Assembly (NCBI GenBank): GCA_903929135.1
Contig: CAIYTH010000014.1
Location: 34,258 to 98,257, forward strand
Origin: an uncultured Chlorobiales bacterium
Lineage (GTDB): Bacteria; Bacteroidota; Chlorobiia; Chlorobiales; Chlorobiaceae
Direction: 5' to 3'
DNA: 64,000 nt
The notes under the pieces: generated by a model
The model's input: the letters and a program-made list of their open reading frames with translations, nothing else
What the model was told of the DNA's origin: nothing
The model's database searches: none
Part shown: positions 57,198-64,000 of the stretch, one piece after another
Numbering within the stretch: the first letter of the stretch is position 1
Layout of the letters: every line of letters starts with the position of its first letter
Translations under genes and position numbers: made by a program

Positions 57198-57248
57198 TTG
57201 AGCCTCCTCCTGATGGTTGGTTTCAAGTTTGACAATCAGCCGCGATGA

Positions 57249-57392
57249 TTATTCATCATTGCGCAGCATCCGGTGTTTCGGTTCCTCGACCTCTTTCCTT
57301 CGAGCCGGGTTGTAGTAGTATGCGATGATACCGGCGAAGACGGCGGCAAGGATCAGCGTGAATGCCGTATAGGCGATGGCCTGGAAGTTCAT
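57249..57392 (-). CDS. ccoQ: cbb3 oxidase small subunit CcoQ/FixQ-like (47 aa; not in the ORF track)
   Basis: My own translation: MNFQAIAYTAFTLILAAVFAGIIAYYYNPARRKEVEEPKHRMLRNDE. One TM helix plus a charged tail. ATGA overlap with the ccoO stop. Confidence 0.75.
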   Translation of the reverse strand: MNFQAIAYTAFTLILAAVFAGIIAYYYNPARRKEVEEPKHRMLRNDE

Positions 57393-58060
57393 TGCTTCGC
57401 CTCCATCGATTTGACGTCACGTCCGAGCTTCTGCATATAGGCGATGATGGCGTCCATTTCGGTAAGGTCGCCCCTCATCCCGGCCGGGGTCACCAGGTCT
57501 CGGGTCTCCTTCGAATCGTAGCCGGACGCGGTTACCCTGGCTTTGTACTCCGCGATCTGCTGATTGACCTGCTCCTGCGAATAGCCGTAGCCGAGAATCC
57601 TTGTCTTTCTGAAAGAGTTCGAAACGTCAAGCCTGTTTGCGGCGAGCCAGCCGTAAGGGGGCATGTTGGAAAGTGCGAACATGCCCTGCGGACTCTGCAT
57701 GTGCTTGTAGTGCCAGGAGTCCGGATACTTGCCGCCGATGCGGTTCAGGTCCGGGCCCGTGCGGCGTGAACCCCAGAGGAAGGGGCGGTCCCAGGCGAAC
57801 TCCTCTGCTTTCGAGTACTCGCCGTATCTCAGCACTTCGGTCCTGAGAGGCCGTACGGTCTGGGTATGGCAGTTGTTGCAGCCTTCGCGCATGTAGATGT
57901 CCCGCCCCTCCTGCTCGATGGCCGTGTAGGGTTTGACAAATCGGCTGACCGGCTGGGTCGATGGCATGAAGAGGGGTACGAACACCGTGACCACTGTTCC
58001 GACAAGGATGACCAGCGCCGAGATGACCGCGAAGACGACCGGTTTTGAATTGATCCCCAT
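57389..58060 (-). CDS. ccoO: cbb3 oxidase subunit II (CcoO), monoheme
   Basis: CNNCHTQ haem site, GPDLNRIGGKY, family length 223 aa. Confidence 0.9.
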   Translation of the reverse strand: MGINSKPVVFAVISALVILVGTVVTVFVPLFMPSTQPVSRFVKPYTAIEQEGRDIYMREGCNNCHTQTVRPLRTEVLRYGEYSKAEEFAWDRPFLWGSRRTGPDLNRIGGKYPDSWHYKHMQSPQGMFALSNMPPYGWLAANRLDVSNSFRKTRILGYGYSQEQVNQQIAEYKARVTASGYDSKETRDLVTPAGMRGDLTEMDAIIAYMQKLGRDVKSMEAKQ

Positions 58061-58090
58061 GATTCGAGCTCCTTATTGATGTTTGGTGGT

Positions 58091-59482
58091 TCAGGCTTCG
58101 GCGGCGGCCGGCTTCTGTCTGGCCGTCTGGACGAGGTTCCAGGCGAAGATCAGGATGCCGATGAAGTAGACGACGCCTCCGGCGAACCGCATGCGGTAAT
58201 AGGGATAGAGCGACGTCAGGGCGTCGAGGAAGCTGTACATGAGCGAACCGTCGGGGTTGGTGGCCTTCCACATGGCTCCCTGCTGGATGCCGCCGATCCA
58301 CATGGTGATCGTCCAGGTGAGCTGGCCGACGAGAATGAGCCAGAAGTGGATGTTTGCCAGCCTGATGCTGTAAAGCTCGCGGCCCATGATATTCGGGATC
58401 ATGTAGTAGAACGATGCCGAGATGATCATGGCCACCCAGCCCATGGTTCCCATATGCACGTGTCCGACCACCCAGTCGGTGTAATGGAAGAAGGCGTTGA
58501 GGGTCCTGAGTCCCTGAAGCGGTCCCTGCAGTGTCTGCAGGCCGTAGAAGGTGATGCCGATGATGAAGAACTTGGTCAGGTAGTTCGAACGCATCTGGTC
58601 CCAGTTTCCCTGGAGCGTGTAATAGCCGTTCACCACCGATCCCCAGGATGGCGCGATCAGGAAGATGCTGAAGGCGATGGCCACGGTCTGGATCCATTCC
58701 GGAAGCGGTGTCAGCATGAGGTGGTGCGCCCCGGTCCAGAGGTAGGCGAAGATCAGCGACCAGAAGGAGACGATCGAGAGCCGGTGGCTGTAGATCGGCA
58801 GTCCTGTGGCTTTGGGAAGGAAATAGTAGAACATGGCCAGGACCGGCACGGTAAAGATGAAGCCCACGATGTTGTGGCCGTACCACCATTCGACGTTGGC
58901 GTCGTTGGCGCCGGCGTAAATGCTGTAGGACTTGAAGAGCGTGACCGGGATTTCGAGGTTGTTCACGATGTAGAGGACGGCGATGGTCACGGTCATGGCG
59001 ATCAGGTACCAGAGCGAGATGTACATCTGTTTCTCCTGCCGCTTGATCAGGATGGCGAACACGTTGATGGCGAACATGACCCAGATGACCACGACGCCGA
59101 TGTCGAGGGGCCACTCGAGCTCGGCATACTCCTTGGTGGTGTTCATGCCGGCCATGAGACTGATGGCGGCCAGGGCAATGGCAATGTCGAAGAGGTAGAG
59201 ATGGGCCTTGGCAAGCCGCGGGAAGGGAAGCGGCGTGCGCGTCAGGCGCTGCAGCATGTAATAAGAGGTGGCGAAGATGCCCGACAGGCCGAATCCGAGA
59301 CCGAGTGCGTTGGTGTGCACGACGCGCAGCCGGCCGAAGCTGAGCCAGGGAGTAATGTTAAGTGCGGGATTGAACATCTCGAACGCTATCCAGAGCCCGA
59401 TCGCCAGCCCGACGATGAGCCAGAGCAGCGCGGAAAAAGCAAAACCCCGAACAATCGAATAATCGTAACCGGTGTCGTTCAT
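58091..59482 (-). CDS. ccoN: cbb3 oxidase subunit I (CcoN)
   Basis: 463 aa, 12 TM. Haem-copper His ligands in WWYGHN, WTGAHH and VGHVHMGTMGW. Confidence 0.9.
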   Translation of the reverse strand: MNDTGYDYSIVRGFAFSALLWLIVGLAIGLWIAFEMFNPALNITPWLSFGRLRVVHTNALGLGFGLSGIFATSYYMLQRLTRTPLPFPRLAKAHLYLFDIAIALAAISLMAGMNTTKEYAELEWPLDIGVVVIWVMFAINVFAILIKRQEKQMYISLWYLIAMTVTIAVLYIVNNLEIPVTLFKSYSIYAGANDANVEWWYGHNIVGFIFTVPVLAMFYYFLPKATGLPIYSHRLSIVSFWSLIFAYLWTGAHHLMLTPLPEWIQTVAIAFSIFLIAPSWGSVVNGYYTLQGNWDQMRSNYLTKFFIIGITFYGLQTLQGPLQGLRTLNAFFHYTDWVVGHVHMGTMGWVAMIISASFYYMIPNIMGRELYSIRLANIHFWLILVGQLTWTITMWIGGIQQGAMWKATNPDGSLMYSFLDALTSLYPYYRMRFAGGVVYFIGILIFAWNLVQTARQKPAAAEA

Positions 59483-59660
59483 GCCCTCCTCCAGGGATGT
59501 GGTTGGAAAAAGAAAGATGAAGATGGGTGCCAGAGGCAGTGATTGGAAAGAACGACTACGAGGTAATCAATAGTGGCATCTGCCAATAATTTACAAAACG
59601 ATTTTGTTAAGGTTCAAGATAAATAACGGTTCAAGTGCTGATCTCACTTCGGCTTGTGGG

Positions 59661-59704
59661 AAAAACCCCGAAAAGCGGACAGCCCCGGTGTTGCCGGGGC
59701 TGTC
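59661..59704 (-). terminator. Intrinsic terminator after mtnA
   Basis: 11-bp perfect stem gacagccccgg/ccggggctgtc, 5-nt loop. On the minus strand it is followed by cgcttttcggggttttt. Confidence 0.7.
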
Positions 59705-59729
59705 TTGACGAGATCGGATACAGCGTGGA

Positions 59730-60794
59730 TCAGCCGTTGCAGATGCGGGCGAGCGACTCGATGTAGTTGCCCACGACGGCCTCTTTCTCGGTGATGATGC
59801 CTCGGATGAGCGTACCGGGCGTGACGTCGAAGGCATAGTTCAGGACCGGTGTCGTCGGCGTGGCTACCTGGGTGCCGAAGATGGTGCGCAGTTCGTCGGC
59901 GCTCCGCTCTTCGATCGGGATCAGGGAACCTTCGGCCATGGTGATGTCGATCGTCGATACCGGGGCCGCGATGTAGAACGGAATGCCGTGGTGGCGTGCA
60001 CTGACGGCGTGGGCGTAGGTGCCGATCTTGTTCGCCGTGTCGCCGTTCGCCGTGATGCGGTCTGCACCGACCACGCCGAAGTCGATCTTGCCCTGCTGCA
60101 TGATGAATGCGGAGGAGGAGTCGGAGATCGAGAGGAACGGGATTCCGTCGTGCTCGAGCTCCCAGGCGGTGAGGCGCAGCCCCTGCAGCAGCGGACGGCT
60201 CTCGGAGGTAATCACCTTCTCGATCAGCCCCTCTTTCCAGGCGAGCCTGATCACGCCGAGCGCCGTGCCGGTGCCGCAGCAGGCCAGGGTGCCGGTGTTG
60301 CAATGGGTCAGCACGGTAAGCTTGCGTGTATTCAGCACGTCGGCGAAGTCACGCTTCAGCAGATCGACGCCGTTTCGCGAGATGCGGTCGCAGTTCTCGA
60401 TCTCGTCCTGGTGGATCTTGTGGGCCTCGTCGGTCATTTTGGCGAAGAGCGTTTCGAGGGAATCCGATGCATAGTTGGCATCATAGACCGCCTTGAGTTT
60501 TCTGGTCGCGAAAAAGAGGTTCACCGCCGTTGGGCGGGATGCTTCCACGTCCGCGATGAGCTTGCCGAACCAGGCCGGGAAATCCTCTTTGCTGCCCTTG
60601 TAGCTGTTGATGCCGAGGATGACGGTGTACCCGGCCGAAGCGCCGATGAGCGGTGCGCCCCTGACGGCAAGGGTTTTGATGGCCTCGATGGCCTCCTGGT
60701 GGTCCCTGGTTTCGATGTGGATCACCTGCAGCGGGAGAAAGCGCTGGTCAAGGTATCGGAACTTGCCGTCCGAAAAGGAAATGGCGTCTATCAT
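59730..60794 (-). CDS. mtnA: S-methyl-5-thioribose-1-phosphate isomerase (eIF-2B alpha/beta/delta family)
   Basis: YLDQRFLP, AVRGAPLIGASAGY, LTHCNTG, GADRITANGDTANKIGTY. Confidence 0.85.
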   Translation of the reverse strand: MIDAISFSDGKFRYLDQRFLPLQVIHIETRDHQEAIEAIKTLAVRGAPLIGASAGYTVILGINSYKGSKEDFPAWFGKLIADVEASRPTAVNLFFATRKLKAVYDANYASDSLETLFAKMTDEAHKIHQDEIENCDRISRNGVDLLKRDFADVLNTRKLTVLTHCNTGTLACCGTGTALGVIRLAWKEGLIEKVITSESRPLLQGLRLTAWELEHDGIPFLSISDSSSAFIMQQGKIDFGVVGADRITANGDTANKIGTYAHAVSARHHGIPFYIAAPVSTIDITMAEGSLIPIEERSADELRTIFGTQVATPTTPVLNYAFDVTPGTLIRGIITEKEAVVGNYIESLARICNG

Positions 60795-60821
60795 GTGCTT
60801 AACGAATGCTCCTGTTATGAA

Positions 60822-61643
60822 TTAAAGTTTCGACACGACGTTTCTGAAGATGGTGGTCATCTTGGGCTCTGCACGGTTGGAGACCTCGATGATCTCTTCG
60901 ATGCCGACCGGCACGAGGCAGTCCGGGAAGCACTCGTCGGTGACGATGGACATGCCGAACACTTCGGTGCCCTGGTGCACGGCCGCGATCACTTCGGGAA
61001 CGGTCGACATGCCGACCACGTCGGCGCCGAGCGTCCTGAGCATGCGATACTCGGCGCGGGTTTCAAGGCAAGGGCCGGGGACTGCGACGTACACGCCGCG
61101 CTGCACCTTGATGCCGTTCTCGAGGGCGACTTTCTCGGCGATCTCGATGATCCTCTGCGAATAGGGGGCGCACATGTCGGGGAAGCGGGGACCGATCTCG
61201 GGGTCGTTCGGCCCGATGAGCGGGTTGCCGCCGAGCAGGTTGATATGATCGTCGATGAGCATGATGTCGCCCTTGCGGTAGCCGGGGTTCATTCCTCCGC
61301 AGGCGTTGGTGATGCCGAGGGTCTTGACGCCGAGCTGTTTCATGATCCTGATCGGGAAGACGATCTGCGTCATCGAGTACCCCTCGTAGAAGTGGAAACG
61401 TCCCTGCATGGCAACAACTTTCTTGCCGGCCAAGGTGCCGAAAATCAGCTTGCCGTGATGGGTTTCGACGGTCGAGATCGGGAAGTAGGGAATGTCGGAA
61501 TAGTCGAGAGAGAATTCGATATCGATCTCCTTGACAAGCCCGCCGAGTCCGGTGCCGAGCACAATGCCAACCGGATATTCGGCGCCGGTTTTTTTCCTGA
61601 TGAACGCTACGGCTTCCTTGATTTTCTGCCTTTGATCGGTCAT
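60822..61643 (-). CDS. Purine nucleoside phosphorylase family 2 (PunA-like; could act on MTA)
   Basis: GIVLGTGLGG, MQGRFHFYEGYS, GITNACGG, GMSTVPEV. 273 aa. Confidence 0.85.
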   Translation of the reverse strand: MTDQRQKIKEAVAFIRKKTGAEYPVGIVLGTGLGGLVKEIDIEFSLDYSDIPYFPISTVETHHGKLIFGTLAGKKVVAMQGRFHFYEGYSMTQIVFPIRIMKQLGVKTLGITNACGGMNPGYRKGDIMLIDDHINLLGGNPLIGPNDPEIGPRFPDMCAPYSQRIIEIAEKVALENGIKVQRGVYVAVPGPCLETRAEYRMLRTLGADVVGMSTVPEVIAAVHQGTEVFGMSIVTDECFPDCLVPVGIEEIIEVSNRAEPKMTTIFRNVVSKL

Positions 61644-61732
61644 GGTATGCTCTATGGTTTGATGGTTTTGAAATGGCCTGTCACACGCCGGGATCCTTCT
61701 CCGGAAAAGAGCCTAAATATAAGTTTTGGGGG

Positions 61733-62042
61733 GGAGAAGATGAAATGGACTTTATGGTCGGGAAGAAGACGAAATGGACAGCATGGAGTGAAGAGGAAGA
61801 AAATGGACGTTATGGACGGGAAGAAGATGAAATGGAAGTTATGGACTGAATGGACGAATTGAAGAGTGGACGGAATGGACAAGAAAAGAATGGGGAAAGA
61901 AGAAGAGCCGAAAGTAATGGGGGGCAGGTGGGCGAACTTACAGGTATTCAGTTTTTGTTTTTCTTACATGGTCCATGACGTCCATTGCGTCCATAACGTC
62001 CATTTCCCACATTGGCCCATTCCATCTTCCTCCTCCTCCTTC
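61733..62042. repeat. ~310-bp foldback element. The left arm is purine-rich with repeated (gaagaaga)-atggac units. The right arm has GTCCATNNN x4, then ccattccatcttcctcctcc.
   Basis: Left arm: gaaatggac / tatggtc / gaaatggac / aaatggacgttatggac / atggaagttatggactgaatggac / gtggacggaatggac. Right arm: gtccatgac gtccattgc gtccataac gtccatttc (61971-62006). It fills the whole gap between two minus-strand genes. Confidence 0.8.
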
Positions 62043-62732
62043 CTACCGCCAGCCGAAAATTGCCGTGCCGATTCTGATCATGGTTGCTCCTTCGAGGATG
62101 GCCTCTTCGAAGTCCTGGCTCATGCCCATGGAGAGTTCGCTGAGCAGTGCAGGATCGGGCGCTGTACGTCTGAGGCTTTCAAGGTTTTCGCGCAGCTCTG
62201 CGAATTCGCGGCGGGCCTGGTCCTGATCGGGCGAGGCGATGGTCATGAGCCCCCGCAACCTGACGTTCGGCAGACGGAAGCAGGATTCAGCGGCCTGGAT
62301 GAGCGAAGAGGAGTCCAGCCCGTACTTGGAGCTTTCGCGCGAGACGTTCACCTCGAGGAGGTAGTCCATCAGGATATCCTGCTGTATCGCACGTTTCGAG
62401 AGCTCTTCAACTGTGGAGACCTTGTCGATGCCGTGGATCATGGCAACCTTGCCGGTCACCTGACGGACCTTGTTGGACTGGAGGTGGCCGATGAAGTGCC
62501 AGGAGAGCTGGATTCCCGCAAGCAGGGGGTCTTCAAGCTTTTCAAGAAACTCCTGCACGTAGCTTTCTCCGAAATCCCTGTGGCCGGCATCCCATGCCTC
62601 CCGCACGGCTTCGGCGCTTTTGGTTTTGGAGACGGCGATGAGGCGAACCTCATCAGCGCGCCTGCCGGCTTTGAGGCAGGCAGACGCGACCTGATCCCTG
62701 ACGACGGAGAGGTTTTCCGCGACGTTTCCCAT
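62043..62732 (-). CDS. yggS: YggS-family pyridoxal-phosphate homeostasis protein
   Basis: LIAVSKTK (PLP lysine), WHFIGHLQSNK, RIGTAIFG. Confidence 0.88.
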   Translation of the reverse strand: MGNVAENLSVVRDQVASACLKAGRRADEVRLIAVSKTKSAEAVREAWDAGHRDFGESYVQEFLEKLEDPLLAGIQLSWHFIGHLQSNKVRQVTGKVAMIHGIDKVSTVEELSKRAIQQDILMDYLLEVNVSRESSKYGLDSSSLIQAAESCFRLPNVRLRGLMTIASPDQDQARREFAELRENLESLRRTAPDPALLSELSMGMSQDFEEAILEGATMIRIGTAIFGWR

Positions 62733-62736
62733 CGGC

Positions 62737-63231
62737 TCAGGCCTGTGCGGCTATCGGCTGGATGGCTTCGATGGTTACCGGCTTGAGCGGGTTGTCGTTG
62801 CCGTCGGTGTCCACCACAGCGATCTTGTCCACCACGTCGATGCCCGATTCCACGACGCCGAACACCGTGTACTGACCGTCGAGAAATGCGTTGTCGGCCT
62901 GGTTTATGTAGAACTGGCTGCCGGACGACGCCTTCTGCGGGTTGTTGTCCCTGGCGGCGGCGAGGGTGCCCTTTTTGTTCGGGTGCCTGATCTCGGCCGG
63001 GATGCGATGCTCGGGGCCGCCTGTGCCGTGCAGGGCGCGTTTGTCGTCATGGCGGGACAGGGGGTCGCCCGTCTGGATCATGAATCCTTCGATGACCCTG
63101 TGGAAACGGATCCCGTCGTAATAGCCTTCACCGACGAGCTTTGCGAAGTTGTCGCGGTGCAGCGGGGTGTCGTCGTGGAGCGAGATGGTGATATCGCCCA
63201 GGCTGGTCTTGATGATGAACTTTTGTGGCAT
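62737..63231 (-). CDS. ppiB: Cyclophilin-type peptidyl-prolyl cis-trans isomerase
   Basis: FHRVIEGFMIQTGDP, GSQFYIN, YTVFGVV. Confidence 0.9.
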   Translation of the reverse strand: MPQKFIIKTSLGDITISLHDDTPLHRDNFAKLVGEGYYDGIRFHRVIEGFMIQTGDPLSRHDDKRALHGTGGPEHRIPAEIRHPNKKGTLAAARDNNPQKASSGSQFYINQADNAFLDGQYTVFGVVESGIDVVDKIAVVDTDGNDNPLKPVTIEAIQPIAAQA

Positions 63232-63259
63232 GCTGGTTGCAGTCGAATGGTTTGATTAT

Positions 63260-63928
63260 TTACGGAGTCACGGTCTGGATGCCCTGTCCGGAAAGTCTCC
63301 ACATGGTCCGCTGGGCGACAGCGGCTGAAGAGGTGCCCGGCCAGCTTTTGATGATCTGCTCCAGCAGCCTGGCCGCCTTGTCCGGTTTTCCGGCTTCGAT
63401 ATCGTTTTCGGCAGCCTTGTTGAGGTACATGGCCTTGAGCGATTCGTTTTCAGCAGTGGCCGAGGCTTTCTCGTAGCTTTCCGCCGCAGCGGTAAACCCT
63501 TTTTTCCGGACGTCGCAGGCGGCCGCACCAGCCAGCGCGGAAGCCTGAAGGTCCTTGTTGCCGCTGCTGAATGCCTTGTACATGGCCAGAGCATCGTCGG
63601 GCCTGTTCAGGTTGTAATAGATGGTGCCGAGGTAGAGTCTCGCCATGTTGCCGCTCGTGGTGCTTCCATAACCGGAGACGATCTCTTTCAGCCCCTTGAC
63701 TGCCTTGACGGAATCGCCCGTCTCGATCCACGTGACGGCTTTCGAGAGCGCGAGGGAGGCCTTTTCTTCGTCGGCTTTTGTTTTCTGAATCCAGAAGAAC
63801 ACGCCGCCGGCCGTCACTGCAATGATCAGAATGATGCCGATGATAAGCTTTTTCTGTTCGAGAAGCAGGTCGAGCAGGGTCGGTTTCGGCAGCGCCTGGG
63901 TGATGCGGGCCGTATTCAGTTCGTTCAT
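63260..63928 (-). CDS. Membrane-anchored TPR-like protein (YfgM-like)
   Basis: One TM helix (LIIGIILIIAVTAGGVFFWI), followed by Ala/Leu-rich TPR-like repeats. Confidence 0.65.
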   Translation of the reverse strand: MNELNTARITQALPKPTLLDLLLEQKKLIIGIILIIAVTAGGVFFWIQKTKADEEKASLALSKAVTWIETGDSVKAVKGLKEIVSGYGSTTSGNMARLYLGTIYYNLNRPDDALAMYKAFSSGNKDLQASALAGAAACDVRKKGFTAAAESYEKASATAENESLKAMYLNKAAENDIEAGKPDKAARLLEQIIKSWPGTSSAAVAQRTMWRLSGQGIQTVTP

Positions 63929-64000
63929 TGATGTCGTTGTCTTGGATGTTCGTTATGCATCGGCGCCTTGAAAGCGTTGTCCGGTGGCTATCAACCTAAG

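Noticed and set aside
58076-59542. 488-aa plus-strand ORF
   Set aside because: It is antisense to ccoN, whose haem-copper oxidase motifs are unambiguous. The product is Asp/Gly/Arg/His-rich low-complexity sequence, typical of a shadow ORF in high-GC DNA.
59988-61862. 624-aa plus-strand ORF
   Set aside because: It is antisense to mtnA and the phosphorylase gene, spans two real genes and an intergenic repeat, and has no recognisable motifs.

Overview
Dense, high-GC (roughly 57-60% by eye) bacterial chromosomal segment. I call about 58 protein-coding genes, nearly all recognisable housekeeping, envelope or respiration functions. I found no rRNA or tRNA genes, no CRISPR array, and no transposase, integrase, phage, restriction-modification or toxin-antitoxin genes, so I cannot support a defence island or mobile element. 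Gene content and the style of the intergenic repeats remind me of green sulfur bacteria (Chlorobiaceae); the cues are monomeric NADP-isocitrate dehydrogenase, a CrtI-like flavoprotein with a Rieske insert, and ArsA-HSP20. This taxonomic guess is unverified.

Main blocks:
- 1-13.9 kb: queG (cut by the window edge), a Tat-signal flavoprotein with a Rieske insert, a serine hydrolase, mlaFED-like genes, PHP phosphoesterase-uppP-rdgB-pdxJ, mutS2 and pgsA-pgpA.
- 14-34 kb: dxs, yjbQ, a GH13-like gene, uvrD, a GT28-like glycosyltransferase, a nitroreductase, aat, ArsA-HSP20, fabI, icd, ymdB, pepD, fbp and recJ.
- 34.4-38.4 kb: a translationally coupled four-gene envelope glycolipid-modification operon (PAP2 phosphatase, ArnT-like, ArnC-like GT2, UPF0104 flippase-like).
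- 38.9-47.8 kb: thiM, purU, then a metal-ion neighbourhood. It holds mgtA, a coupled PtsN/EIIA-like protein with an unknown C-terminal domain, an NRAMP homologue whose metal-site residues are non-canonical, yjdM/phnA, a His-rich CDF and blc.
- 47.9-59.5 kb: cydDC without cydAB, directly abutting a complete cbb3 oxidase and maturation cluster (ccoNOQP-ccoG-ccoH-small Met-rich protein-ccoI-ccoS-DsbD_2-like). It includes two small ORFs, ccoS (58 aa) and ccoQ (47 aa), that are absent from the supplied ORF track.
- 59.7-64 kb: mtnA, a PNP-family phosphorylase, yggS, a cyclophilin and a TPR membrane protein.

The candidates I consider most worth follow-up are:
- The MgtA / EIIA-like / variant-NRAMP module, a possible Mg2+ homeostasis unit.
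- A dispersed family of 9-bp-periodic ATGGAC/GTCCAT foldback repeats at three loci.
- The PAP2-ArnT-GT2-flippase operon.
- A sharp GC discontinuity inside the PHP gene.

All functional calls rest on motif recognition by eye and need database confirmation.
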